A stretch of DNA of 58,523 nt, the filler included, from Sluysia triapertura (taxonomy: Eukaryota), in NCBI GenBank assembly GCA_046118255.1. It is 4 parts of 4 records of this genome, joined end to end, with 100 filler letters (N's around TTAATTAATTAA, not from the genome) between each part and the next. Parts side by side here need not be neighbours in the genome. Positions count along the whole stretch, not along the records: positions 1 to 11,281 come from JBJNIA010186447.1; positions 11,382 to 24,520 come from JBJNIA010057213.1; 2 more parts are not named here. The stretch is one strand, 5' to 3'. The notes under the pieces are model-generated. The model made no database searches. It was given only the letters and a program-made list of their open reading frames with translations, and was not told the DNA's origin. This document shows, one piece after another, positions 1-13,564 of the stretch. Made by a program: the position numbers and the translations under genes. Numbering within the stretch: the first letter of the stretch is position 1; each line of letters begins with the position of its first letter.

Positions 1-2429
1 TTATTAATTGTTAATTCGGGCATTAAGCCCTTTTTGTTAATGTCTAAACTCGTTAATCGTTTTAAATTAAAATTTTTTAACCCTTATAAAGAAAAAAAAT
101 ATAAAATTGTTAATTATAAATCAAAGAATCTAAAGCATTCACCCACTGCTCTTCATTCACATTTACACTAATTAAATTTAAATTAAAATAATTTTAATCA
201 TACATTTATTAATTTTCTCGTTGCACACAAACAGAGTCAGTGACGATATTATTATTATTATCATTATAAAATTAATACGCAAAAACCCTTAAATTATATC
301 CATTCATCATAATATTTCTAAAAGACTAAGACTTTTGTTTTAAATATTTTATAATTTTCCAGTAATTTGACAACGGTTTGTAGAATTTTAAACACAAAAA
401 TGTATAAATATATCACTGAATGTTAAGTGTATCTAATTTCCAATATCGCAGTTCTAATAATTTCCAAGTCATATCAATTTCAGAACGTCATCATGATTAT
501 GAAATGAGATAAGAATACAAATCAGTTAGAAAGTATACTTTTTATATTTATTGATACATTTTATTCGTATAACTCGTTTCAATTCTTTGATTGTTTAATG
601 CCATTAATGTTACATTAAATATATAACTTTATACTTTATTATTTAAAGTGATTTATTTTAGAAATGCCAAATATTAAATCAAGTTATTTTTAACAAAATA
701 TTCTGTGACTAAAAAATTAAAAATGCTTATACTGTTTAGTGATTTCAAAATTGTTAGAATATTAAGTAATTAAATTAAGTAATTAATAAATGCCAATAAT
801 AATTCGTCAATTACAACACAGAAATCATCATGGTAGTTAATATAAAATTCCAAATTAATTCATTCGTATAAATTAAAATAAACAACTAAATATTTTAGTT
901 ATCTTAAGTTTTATTGGTCAAGTACTCAAATGTATAAAAGTTTGAGCAAGTATTAGTTTAAGATGTCTGTTGAAATAATAAATGTTTTATTTAAATAGAA
1001 ATATATTTAGAGTTCAGTTGTACCTTTCATAGTTTGATAAATAATTAATTGAAGCACATTTTTCGATGTTAAATTATTTTTATATTATTAATAACATATG
1101 TTGCTAATCTGTTACTGAGATTTATGACAAGAAAATTTTTAGAAATAGTACAGTAATTTATTAAATAATTACATTTTTAAATAATAAAGTGGCACATAAC
1201 CTTTTTAATAATACTGCGACACTATTATTATAATTAATTATTATTTATTAATTATTAATTATTATTAATAAATAGTTCTTTACATAGCTAATTTTATTAA
1301 GCGCCCTCCAATATATTATGTTTATATTAACTTTATCAGTTCACTTTATGTATGCAGTCACATTACTTTTATTGTTTTATTTTGCTTTTAACTTTTTATC
1401 TATTTCACTAAATTTTTATCATTTTTGTTACCAAAATGATAATTTAATATTTTTGTTTTGTTTTTTAAAACATTGCATAAAATCATGTCCGTCTGAGGGT
1501 TGCTTACTATTATATTTTTTAATATAAGTTTTACGAATATTTTGATGTGTTTTCATTGACATTTTTAGGTTCGGAGTTCAGTTGCATTTTTCAGTAAATA
1601 CTGATATATAAATGTCAAGTGTAATGTAAACACTTTTTTCTGAAATTTAATTATTTATAATGTACTAGGAAATTACTTTTTTCGCATTGAATACGCACTA
1701 CTTGTTCACCATTCAGGAGAATAACACAGTAGACAGAAAGCTTTCTGATTTAGTGGGTTAAATAAATATAAGTCAGCATGTCAATGTGGAATTAAGAGAT
1801 AAGAAATGTTTACATAATTAGTAAAACTTCACAGTCCATTAATTTATTAAATACATTTGAAAATCTAAAATCGGCTGGAAATAAATTAGAATCTTAAAAA
1901 TGAATAAAACATTTTATCGAATAGGATTCGATATTGATATCGAAGGAGAAAAAGAATGAAGCAGAAATGTGAATAGAATATTTTGTTTGTATTTTTGAAT
2001 ATACATTTTTTATAAAATCGAACCTGAACTTAGTAATAATGTAACTTAATTTTACACAGGAAAGTAGTTTTTATATTTTGTAAATCAAACTTTTTCTCAG
2101 TGTTTGAAATCTAACTATAAATTAAATTAAATTATAAAATACTGAGACTGTAAAAGAAGTTGGTAAAAATAAGTGTCTACTTAAAATCTAATTACTAGTG
2201 AAACACATCGTCAATAAACTAAACTAAATAGGTATTAGAAAAAATTTATCAAATTTTAATATCATCAGGTTAACATAATTCAAATAAATGTTAACATATT
2301 ATACAATATTTTGTAAAATAATTTTTACCAAAAATTTATAAATCATGTATTTGACATTTCATAAAGTTTCTTTGAGTTTTTATAATCGTGTATGATATGA
2401 TGAAGACTAAAGCGCTTTCTATTGTTAAT

Positions 2430-3939
2430 GAGTTCTCCCATTTCGGTGATTTTTATTTTCAACAAGATGATCGACAATTCCTTGAAACATTTTCTGGACG
2501 TTGGATTGGATGCCGAGGACCAATCGAATGGCCTGCCTGATTTTTTCTGTAGGGAGTTCTAAAGATTAAAAAACCTAGGACAATTAATCAAAATGTAGGA
2601 ATAAAAGGTGTATATAATTTGCTATTAGTTTATTATTTAAACGTTATCCATTATTTATTTTGCTTTCAAATATTTTTATCAATTATTGTAAATAATTTTA
2701 GTTTTTAATTTTTTGATTTTTCTATAAAACAAATATATTCTTAATTATAAATACTGTAAATAATTTTAGTTTAGTTTATAAAACAAATAAATGCTGCTAA
2801 AATAATCTAGAAAATTATTGCTATTTAATGTTGCTGAAAAATAATAAAGTAGTAGTAAATCAAATAATAAAAACAAAATAAAATATTATAATAGAATCAG
2901 TTTGCTGTGAAGGATAAATAAGAAGACACTGACTCTTAAAAGCCGCACAAGTTTTTACGAAAATACTTGCAAGAAATTTGTTCATAAACTACGTCGAAAT
3001 CTATATCTCTTAGAGACTTTGGAAGGATTAGTACACAATCGATTTTGTTTTCTTGTAGCAACGAGATCTTCTCTATCACAATCTATTTTCCTAGATTTTA
3101 TTTGTAAAGGTAAGTTAATAATTGCTAGGTTAAAATTTGTTAAACTTAGCTTCAAAATCCTACTTAAAATATTGTCAAGATATTAAAATCCAAATATTCC
3201 ACCTGGTTTAAACCATTTTTAAAATCTGAAAGTAAATATAGAAGTTGAATTCTTTATTTTTTAATTGTTGGATATTCAGTTGTTTATGTATATTTTTATA
3301 TACGTTTGTTTAATATTTGTTTGATTAATAAAACTTGGTTATTTATTCTTTTATTCTTATAGTTTAAAGATTTAGAATAATAGTATAATAACCTTTAATT
3401 TAAAAAATTGTTTGATAACGTGTAATTTAAAGATTTAAAAAGATAATCCATTAACGAGTAATTTGAAGATTTAGAAAATCGTTTGCTGGGAGAGTTAATA
3501 TCAAAAGTTTGTAGAGAAAATAGGACAATTAATAGTGAAAAGCATTATTTCTATTATTAAAGTTTTTTATACCAAGTTTGTAGTAAATCCTTCTTTCGTA
3601 GAATTATTCCTTAAATCAGTCCTGTAATTGCGTTCTCTTCACGATATAAAAAGCAATATACAGGCGAATCCGAATAATAATCATATTCAAATTCATAATT
3701 GTTCGTAAAGGGAGTAAATTACCAACAAAAACAAAGTATTCATCTCGAATGGAACCAAATTTCAGAGGAAACTTGCTAGAAAGTGTGTTGCAGTGTTGTC
3801 AAAAGATATCGTGCTTGCATTGAAGTTCAAAGTAGACATTTTGAACATTTGTAAATACTAAATATACCTTTTAAATTTGCCGTTTTTGATATCTAATTTT
3901 TATTTAAGTTTGCGGTTCGTTAACTTTTAGGACAACCTG
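2430..3939 (+). mobile_element. Decayed Tc1/mariner-superfamily transposon (rosa/DD41D-like), 3' part, interrupted by about 1.1 kb of unrelated sequence
   Basis: 2445-2585 reads GDFYFQQD-RQFLETFSGRWIGCRGPIEWPA-DFFL*GVLK..KPRT; the family motif is FQQDGAP..FPGRWIGRRGPIEWPARSPDLTPLDFFLWG. About 3765-3854 reads EETC*KVCCSVVKRYRACIEVQSRHFEHL*, the typical C-terminus. The element ends TTTTAGGACAACCTG followed by TA, i.e. a CAGGTTGTCC-type TIR with a TA target site. Confidence 0.8.
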
Positions 3940-5688
3940 TATAATAACTTAAAGCTTAAATCATGAAAATAAATTATTTATTATGGACAAATCATTTATA
4001 AAATATTTATTAATAAACTGTTCAACAAAAATTACATCGTATATATTCGGAATTACTGAAGCGATTATGCATTCTTCATTTCGGTGTACTTTGTAACCAA
4101 AATATTTTCCATTATATTTAGAAGCCAATCCAATAAGATAACATTTTTACTGGATAGCAATTCATCGCTTATTTCGAAGTATGAATTGGAACATTAAGTT
4201 GAAAAACTTTGCTATTGCAAATTGAGAGAATAGTACTTTTTTATCGTCACTATTACTGTATTAGTAAGTTTCTATTACATTATCCCATTAATGCTTGTAA
4301 TTTTGCATAAATATGTGCATATTCGAGAAAACTTTTAAATAATATATTGTGAGTCCTCTATGATGTTGGGCTTACACAATTCAAGGCCAACTCATAGGTG
4401 TCAGCGAAAAGATAATGTTGCAATTTTTTTGGAGGTCAATAAAGACAAAATGCTCAGTTTATGTAACTGATTCGAGTCCGCTGCCATGGCGAGATTCGTT
4501 TATGTAAGATCCGTTTATGAGGATCTTGAATTATTTCAATTATTTCAGATTTTGTAAAACGTTATAACTATAGAATTTAATGATTCTTCGGGAGGATTGA
4601 TTGCGTGCGGGAGAATTTTTTATGAATATGCTAAAAGTCCGGGATGAAATGCGTAGTATGTTTTGGGGGGAAACAATGAAAATGGTTATGATTAACACTA
4701 ATTGTTATATAACGTAATTTTGATCAAAAAAATAAAAATAAAAACTGATACTGATATCTCTACAACTGCTCTCAATAAATGCGTAAAGTATACTAACCTA
4801 CAGAAGCATCTTCGCATTATCGATACAAAACAAGAAAAGTGCTATCGCGCTGCACATACGACAAATGAAGCGCGACAGCGCTTCGCCGGACTCACACGGT
4901 TAATTAAAAGGATACTTGTAACAACTAAAAATTTATTGATCAAAGCGAATAAATATAAATGATGGATATCGATTTATAATACAGAACGTTTTTGCAAATA
5001 ATAAAATTCAATTAATGTATAAGTATTATTATTAATAAAATTTGCATTATGGTTATTATATCGACTTACAACGAGGTGAGATATAAAGAGATTTGATAAA
5101 AATAATATTGACAAAATTATTGATAAATATTGATAAAATTATTGACTCTTACAATAATAATTTTTGTGGGATAATTTAAATTATAAAATTTGAGTTTGTA
5201 ATTTACTTAAAGTTTGCTAACACATTTACTAAACGATTCTGAAATACAAAAAATTAAATTAAATTATAGAAATTAAAAAAATTATAGGGCACTAACGTTT
5301 ACTAGATCCTTCGTTCAAAAAGTATTTTTATGTGAGCTATCCAAATTCGTCAATAGCAAATTTTGGTTGACATCCTTGAAAATTTTTTAAAATATACCAA
5401 TAGCAGATTAACAATTGATCTAAACTTCTCAACAAATTTATAAAATTATTTTTTCATTGATTTTTTGTTGAAAACAATGTTCTCTTTATAGTTGTATTAT
5501 AGGGTAATTGACCTTGAAATTAAATTTAAATGTTGAATATAAAAAAAATAATTTTTGGAATAATAATAACAATTTTTAATAATATTAATAAACAATTTAA
5601 AAGTAATAAAATAATTTCATATTATTATTTTAATATTTTACAAATTTTTTACACATAACATAATAAATTAATAATTTACACAAAATGT

Positions 5689-5750
5689 GTAGTAATATTG
5701 CTGGGTGTTTTTCTTAATCTAAAAACCTAACCTACAGCAAAATAATTAAT
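5689..5750 (+). repeat. Dispersed repeat family C (probable LTR 5' end)
   Basis: The motif GCTG(T)G..TTTTCT..A..CTAA.CCTAC.GCAAAATA recurs at about 5700, 37515, 44695 and 56231. The copies at 5689 and 37504 start with TGT. Confidence 0.55.
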
Positions 5751-7019
5751 TATTATGAGTCCGTTTACAGTATACGACTTACTAATGGCTACTAATGGCG
5801 TACCTGTAAAATTACGTGAAATCAACTATCAAAATTAATAGTACAAAAAATATTCCTTGTCTTAACTTGACAATAATGGGTAAAATCGTCGTTTGTGTCA
5901 ACTAAATCTAAATCGCTTAAAAAATAATCAAGACCAACACTAGTTTATGAAAAATCAAATGATAAACAATGGCGATGTCTTTATGTCTCCAAATCCTAAT
6001 ATAATGATCGCGAAACATTATAGTTCTTATCAAAATCTAAGGATTTATTATTGAAATCAATGTAATTTTTTCATACAATGAATATATATTTATACATTAA
6101 TTACGAATAACTATTAAAATAAAATGGCTATGAGTTCTACTTGAGTTATAGGTGTATATTAGAAAAAATTCAAAAATTTTCCAATAACTTTTATTATACA
6201 AAGACAAAGATAAAATACAATTGCTACAAATTAATATGATAAAGTTATAATTATTGAATAATATATAAAATAAGACAAAAATTGTAATAAAGATAGTATT
6301 TAAATTATAATAAGAGTCTAGCTGAAAGACTCTACCCTACGATATCTATTTTATAATTGACCTTAATGGCCAACTAAAGGTCTAAGATTTTATATCTTAA
6401 TGTGATTTTATGATTGGCCTTAATGACCAACCGTCAAAAATAGTATTTTACGTACATTTTATATCTCTATGTGAGTTTAGGACTTACATAAATCAAACTT
6501 ACGATTAATCAATAATAAACGTTGATGATTGCTAATTGTTTTTCCTTTCGAATGAATTGTGTTCTGGAAGATGAAAAATCGTTCCCTCTAATCGTAGATG
6601 CGGGACACGATATAACTAAATGAAGTGTTGATTTGGAAATTTGTAGAGATGTTGAATTGTTGATTTTCTACCAATACTGATTGAATTATAATATTTCTAC
6701 CGCAAACCTAATTGAATAATTAGAATATGGCGAAGTATTGACTAATAACTTCTTTGTTTTTCAATTATGGCGTCTTCTTTATTTATACGTCTTTATATAC
6801 AGATAAAAACATTTTAAAGATTTTTATTTTAATTAAATAAAAATACTTCTAGATGTTTCTTTTGTAATGTTTTTTAATTTATAATAATAATAATTTTAAT
6901 TTTATTATAATTAAATTAATAATTTTTAAATTTTTTAATAATTTTAATAATAATTTAATAATATTTTTTATAATTATTTTCATAAAATTACAAAGACATA
7001 AAAATAAAATTTTATATAC

Positions 7020-7200
7020 ATTTACATAAGTAAGAGTAAACTTCCCAACGAACATTAACATTCGACAGTAAATAAATTATATCAATAATTATTTGTTATA
7101 ACTAAAACCCAAAATAACATTAATATTGTTCTCTCTTTACGAATATAATAATAATATTGGTTTTTATTCTTTTATTCTCATCATTTCCTTTTTTATTTGT
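7020..7200 (+). repeat. LTR family A copy (partial), inverted relative to 8500-8814
   Basis: AACGAACATTAACATTCGACA..ATATCAATAATTA..TAACTAAAACCCAAAATAAC is the reverse complement of about 8665-8735. 7150-7200 matches the reverse complement of 8500-8550. Confidence 0.75.
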
Positions 7201-8499
7201 TTTTTTTTGTATTACTCGTTTTTTATTCATCATCACATATTTTCCAGTTCGCGCAAAGCTAAAAATTAATTGAACGCAGTAATGCACAAAATTCTTAGAA
7301 GATCTGGTTTATTTGAACATTTATTATTGTAAAAATCTTTTCAAGTTCGTAGTACAACAGCACTAGGTGATGGTAATTGCGGCCTACGCAGTAGAACAAC
7401 TTCTACTTTTTGTACTGTTGTCTCTGGGATATCATAGCCTTTATAAAACGAAATTGTCGATTTTTTCTTTTATGCCATTTAAGTGTTTTAATAATTTTAT
7501 TTAATTTTTGTAAAAAATTCTACTTTCTATTGAATATTTTTTCAGTCTGTTTTGAGTTTTATCTAAAGTCTTTTAGTTCTATAAACTCCTCAGTTTGAAT
7601 TTATTGTATTTGAAAATTTTAGCTTAAAAAATTAAACAATAGCTATTTGTTTAAATAAATGTTTTAATCTTACTTCGGGAAGCAGATGCATAATACACTG
7701 TTTCCATAGTTGGAAGCTACAATCAACAAACCATTTCGAGACAAACAATTATAACTATCAAATGTGCTTTTGCACACCACGAACATGTACTTTTCAAAAC
7801 ACCGAACAACTCTCAAGCCGGTTGAATAACAAGTTAATACATTAATGTAATTTTGTAATTATGCCGTCTCAAATTAAACAAAAATCTGAATTAAAAGCCA
7901 CAATTGATTCCTCTTCCAAAATTAATAAAATAATTAAATCTAAGAATTTAGTAAAATCGACTGAAATTGCCTTTGAGTATTTCAAATATTGTGCTTTAAT
8001 GCTGATACACTGAATTTAGTCATGCGGAATTTAGTCATGAAAGATACTCCAGCTGGAATTAAACCTGAGAATCCTGAAAGTTTTCTAAAAAGACAAATCA
8101 ATGCTACTAATGAGATACATGACTGGATAAAGCTTAATGCTAATAAATTAGTTGATGTAATTCAGCCACATTCTAAAAATAAGATTGTACTATTCATTTC
8201 GGATTATGGTGTGTTATGGTCGACACAACTATCTTCCAGAAAAACCCATTGGGTCATTATTTTACCTTGATCATTATATGAGGTTTCATGCAAATGCAAA
8301 TGATTACAATAAACAGATATTTTTATTGTCAACGCGTCACTTTTAATGCTAGCTGGAAATGCAACTCATCATACCCTAGTGATAACATTTGTACAGAATG
8401 TCTTAGTAATTTACCCTTTTTTAAACGTGCTTTTTATTTATATTAAGAATTTTACGTCTTTGGTACAGTAATAGTACGTAATAAATTAAGTGTAGTGTG

Positions 8500-8814
8500 A
8501 AAAGAATAAATAAAGAAAATGACGAGAATAAAACAATAAAAACAATATTAGTATTACTCTTATTATTATAGGCGTAAGGTTTTGAAAGGAATAAATTTTT
8601 ATGCATGAATAAATAAAGACTGAATGAGTGAGAATAAACAATGTTAATGTTTTTGTAGAAGGTAAGTTATTTTGGGTTTTAGTTACGAGTAATTATTGAT
8701 ATAAATTATTTATTTGTCGAATGTTAATGTTCGTTGCGAATCTTATTCTTACTTATATTTTAATTTTGTATGAATGTAGAGCTTAAAATTTAAATTATTG
8801 GACGAACCACTACA
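8500..8814 (-). repeat. LTR family A copy (probable solo LTR starting TGTAGTGG on the minus strand)
   Basis: Ends AAAATTTAAATTATTGGACGAACCACTACA, the same terminus as 32830-32860 (..GGACCACTACA). The internal part matches 31382-31458. Confidence 0.7.
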
Positions 8815-9431
8815 GTTATAATCAATAAATAATAATGTAAAGTAATAATAATATAATAATATTAATAATATATTTGTGGTGAACTCAAGACCAAAACACA
8901 TTAATCTTAAAACAAATCACAGTCGAACATCAACACATTCCATCGAACTTCAATGTAGTCTAACACAAAATATCGAATCAGCAAACATACATAAAACACA
9001 ATTTTTATAATATTACACACTTTAACAACCGTAAAAAATTTTACAATCACAATTTAACAGCATAAAATTTAATGTTATTATTAAAATTATTGTTAACATT
9101 ACAGTTTTTTGTCAAATTTTATTATTTATTAATTTTCTAGTTGTTTTAAGTAATGTAGTTGCTTGCTTATAGTGTATTCTTGTATTTTCTTTTGTTTTAT
9201 GAAACTTCCCAATTTAAGATATAAAAATGGATAGTGTAAAGAATAGTTATGCTAATTTCTTTGAGTCACGTTTGAACATTCAATCGAAAGACATAATTTA
9301 TTTATAAATATTAATTAAGGACAAATACTGAGGTAATATTTATAAATCTCTATTTGATAATATAATTAATGTTATTCTAGAATAAAGTTTCCGTTCTGAA
9401 TCGAATTATTTATTTTCGCCTATAATAATAG

Positions 9432-10860
9432 TTGCGATGTTATGAATTTGCGATCACGGATTGTTCAAGATTAACTGTCATTCTTTGTAAAAGTATTATT
9501 CATGAACTTAATTCATGGTTTAATTATCATTCAACAATTAAATTAGTTAATGAAGAATTTTATGAATTTATTAATGGTTGGATCATAAAGATAGTATTCA
9601 TTAGGAAAAATTGTATGAGTGATTAATGTTAACATTACATTCTCGAAATGTTGTCTATGGCAATTCACATCGTGCTTATACTGTTTTGATAACATTTTTA
9701 TTAACTAAAGAAACGTGGTATGTTAATGTTGGTTTTGTTGCTACTTCTCTCATAGCTATTGTTCCTGGTTATTTAAGTCTAAGTACATCTGCGAGTTATG
9801 ACAATGAAAATGTGGCTATTGTTGCTATTTTATTAAAATTTTATTTATGGACTAAGACTTTAAAATCTGATCATATTTTGGCTGCTTTTTTGTTTATTTT
9901 TGCGTGTCATCTACTTGGGGTAGTTATGTTTCTATTATTAGTGTTTTCTCTATTCACGTAGTTTGTTTAATGACTTTTCAAAGATTTTTATATCGTCCTT
10001 ACGTTGGTTTTTCTGTATCTAATTTATTTTATTGATTATTTTCAATGCAAATACCATTTGCATCTATCAGAAGTAATTAACACATTTCAGCAGCTTGTGT
10101 CTTAGTTATTTTACAAGGTTATTATGTTTACATTATATTCAACAAAAAATAAGGAAGTACAATCATGGGAAACATCTTACATTTCTTCAATATTTATTAT
10201 GATTGTAATTTATGTTTAATTCATCATAACTAAAGCTTGAATAGTTTCACCATTGAGTGGTCCGTTTTAATCATTACGTGGTTTAATTTACCTGGTACTA
10301 CGTCTGCAACGGAACATCATTTAGCTCCTTGGTCGCCAAAAGTTTTGATTTTTTAATGTTCTTATCCGGATAGAGTTTCGAATTGTTTTTGTGAGTTATA
10401 AGACAAAAATAATTTATTCGGTTGTTATTACGTATTTTTCGGGTATTATATTGCGACACGTTTTAACTTTAACATTTGTAGTAGTATTTTTATTTTTATC
10501 CTATTTCTGTCATTCATTCCAGTGATGATTTAGAAAATCTAAAACTTATTGAAGACTACTATCGGCTTAAACGTAATACAAAATCAGATGTTCGTATCAA
10601 ATAACTGGGTTTGGAAACAGAAGCACAATTATAGACAATAGTAAATTGAATAATAAGTTAGTTAGTTAGTCATTCATTGAACGCGAAAAATGGAAATAGT
10701 ACTTGATGCAGATTATGTACTTGTAATATTTATTGGTTTTTAACTGTTAAACTGGCGACGTGCTTCAGATGGCGAACATCCCAAGACTGTTTTGAATGTC
10801 ACTATTATACATTCAACACAGATTATATAAGTGATAGTTTAGTAACACCAAGAATGTGTG
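9432..10860 (+). pseudogene. STT3: STT3 oligosaccharyltransferase catalytic subunit pseudogene (STT3B-like)
   Basis: Colinear STT3 motifs across shifting frames: SIIHELNSWFNYHST..FYEFING; FLLTKETW..IAIVPGYLSLS..SYDNENVAI; STWGSYVSII; SMQIPF..IRSN*HISAA; SPLSGPF*SL; YFSGIILRHVLTLT; YYRLKRNTKSDVR-YQITGFGNRSTIIDN; LDADYVLVIFIG; GEHPKD. There are many stops, frameshifts and deletions, and the WWDYG motif is missing. Confidence 0.92.
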
Positions 10861-11207
10861 ATATTTTGATTTTGCATGTCAAGCGTAAATGTTACACATG
10901 ATATGTTATTTCTGTTTTTTGAATTTATATTTTTTGTTAAGTCATCTGACCATTAAATTGTAGATAATTGTTTGCCAGGCTTCAAGCCACCTTTATATTT
11001 TAAAATAAAAAGAAAAAAACAAAATATAGAAAAATTGAAGCTAAGATCATATGAAAAAAGGATCGTAAACTAAAAAATTTAGGATTAAACAAAAAGTGAA
11101 TACATTCTTATAAAGTAAGCTAAAATTAAAACATTTTCAGAGCAAAATTTTTAATTCATTACAGCATCCCTCAAAATAATAATGTATAAAAATAATTTTT
11201 ATCCAGA

Positions 11208-11208
<1 letters not shown>

Positions 11209-11281
<73 letters not shown>
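11209..11281. repeat. (AAT)n microsatellite at contig end
   Basis: Perfect TAA run abutting the gap. Confidence 0.98.
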
Positions 11282-11381
11282 NNNNNNNNNNNNNNNNNNN
11301 NNNNNNNNNNNNNNNNNNNNNNNNNTTAATTAATTAANNNNNNNNNNNNNNNNNNNNNNNNNNNNNNNNNNNNNNNNNNNN
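11282..11381. other. Assembly gap spacer
   Basis: 44 N + TTAATTAATTAA + 44 N; the 12-mer puts stops in all six frames. Confidence 0.98.
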
Positions 11382-12329
11382 TTTATTTTATTTTTATTTA
11401 ATTTATTAATTTATTCTTAAATTATTTATTTAATTTATTTAAATTTATTAATTTTATTAATTTTTTTATAATAGTTATATTAATTTTTAAAAAATACGCA
11501 AAACAACATAAAAATTAGTTCAAAAACATAACTTAAAAACATAAAAATTAACTTTACACTGGCGATCCAAATAGATATAATTTCTGACGAAACATTTTCC
11601 ATCAATGTGAAAGAGAAAAATTATTTTTGCCGAAAATTATTATCGTTTTGTTATTATTGATTTTGTGAAAATCAACTGTTGTTTCCACTAAGATAATTTA
11701 AATATTAAATAATTTTTTCTTCACAATTACTTTAGTATCACGAATCGATAATTATTGGCACAGCATAATTTTTTAGTCCATTCATAATGTATATCTCGAT
11801 TTACGTTTAATTGATGCAACTAATTTGTAGTTTATTTTATAATGAATTTGATTAACTTTACTATAACTACATATAAGTATAATGTAACCTACAAAATCTT
11901 AAATATATTTATCTGCTTTATATGACTATTACAAATCGAAATAAAAAGGGAATTTTAAAAATGTATATTGCATATCTTACAAAATAACTGGACATCTAAG
12001 AACATAATAAATATATTAACACTAATTTCCACTAAGTCCTAAGTATACAAATATTATATTTAATAATAATAAAGATTAAACCGACCATAATGCCTTAGAC
12101 ATTTATACGGTATAACCTGTCAAGCAGAACATAAAAATTCGATTAACAAAATTCAATCATTTTCTATTCTACTCTACTCGATCTATTTTTTCGTGAATCA
12201 CTTATTCCGTTTAAATAACAATTGTTTTTATTGCTGACATACTTAAAAATGATGAATTTAAATTCCGTCTTTGCAATTTAATTAATTTTCAATCCCATTC
12301 ATTTCCATTGCTTTTTATAACTATTATCA

Positions 12330-12729
12330 CCACTCTGATTTCTTTTTCTACTTTTTTATTTTAATTATTAATGTATCAAGTTTATATTTAATGTCATTAA
12401 CAATGATTTTAATCGTTGAACATTTTAAAGGTTCCAACATTTTACAAAGTTAATAGAATGTTTTAAAAGTTTATTAAGGTCTCGAAAGTCTTCAAAGGTT
12501 CTAAAATATCAACAAGATCTCAAATGATCGCAAGGTTCAAAAGTTCAAATGTATTTTCATACTTTCAAATCCTTCTTAAGCCCTCATAAGGGTCTTAACA
12601 CCATACAAAAGTCTTTGGAACTCCAAGGTATTCTTCGGTTTCAGAATGATTGTAAACATTTTATTGTCCATTGTTCTAGCTCTAGCAATATTTAATTATA
12701 CTTATATTATTATATTTCAGGTATTTTAA
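12330..12729 (+). repeat. Dispersed repeat family D copy 1, ending in a short hydrophobic ORF (12646-12729)
   Basis: Matches 13565-13740 directly and about 58025-58385 in reverse complement, e.g. GAACTCCAAGGTATTCTTCGGTTTCAGAATGATT and AGATCTCAAATGATCGCAAGGTTCA. Confidence 0.8.
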
Positions 12730-13564
12730 TTGTTTCGATTATTAGTAATGGAATCGATAGTTTATATTTTGTAAGGAATTGTATTTTTAATAAATACCCA
12801 TAAAATACTACTTAAATTTGTTATCATTTTTCTATTGATCGTTTAAATTGATCAAGTTTAAAATACATTTTAAAAAAATTTACAGATTAACTAATTATTA
12901 CTGGAAAGTAATAATCAAACAAAATCATATTATTTTTATCATATTCTCAATTTTAATAAGATTGTAAAGAAATTTTTAGTTTTAGTTAACTTACATATTG
13001 AAATAGTGTAAAAAATTTTATTGCTTATCAAATATATTGAGGTTTAATTTGATAGTTTCTTTAAATCATCTTTAGAACATCCACAGTATTCTAAAATAAT
13101 AATATTTTAGGATAATTAAGGAATTAAATTAATTAATCTAGAAGAAAATAGTGTGGAATTTACTCCTTGTTAAATAAAAATTCTCTAATTATAATTCTTG
13201 CGTAGAGGAGACGACCTACAATCTTGTTATTTGACAAAACGCCAATGATAAAATTATACATTTGTAAATTTTTAAAATTGATCGTTTTTATATAAAAACC
13301 GATTTTACGATTCATTAGTAAATTTATTTTTACAAGATCCTTTTTAATTTGGATCGCATTTAAAATATTCTCTTAATATAAGCGAAAAACTAAATCATTG
13401 AACAGCATTATCAATTAGTCCTGGACATATACATTCTTTATCATTTAAAGTTTAGAGAACAAAAAAATCTATAGAGGAAAAAGAATTATTAAACCTCAGC
13501 TAACGCTTTCAAGAGTTATCGAACCTCCATTAATTTATTTAAATTTTTCTTCAAATCCACCGAC

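Noticed and set aside
1318-1830. ORF 1318-1527 and a faint INVK..IEYALL motif near 1610-1700
   Set aside because: Low-complexity AT-driven ORF, and the motif is too short to support a call.
4463-4903. Possible piggyBac-like MITE ending GGACTCACACGG-TTAA, and ORF 4702-4962
   Set aside because: The left end matches only GAGTCCG and lacks TTAA. The ORF has no ATG and no recognisable motif.
11326-11337. TTAATTAATTAA recurring three times (also inside the gaps at 24521 and 37725)
   Set aside because: It is always centred in 44+44 Ns, so it is an artificial contig linker, not biology.
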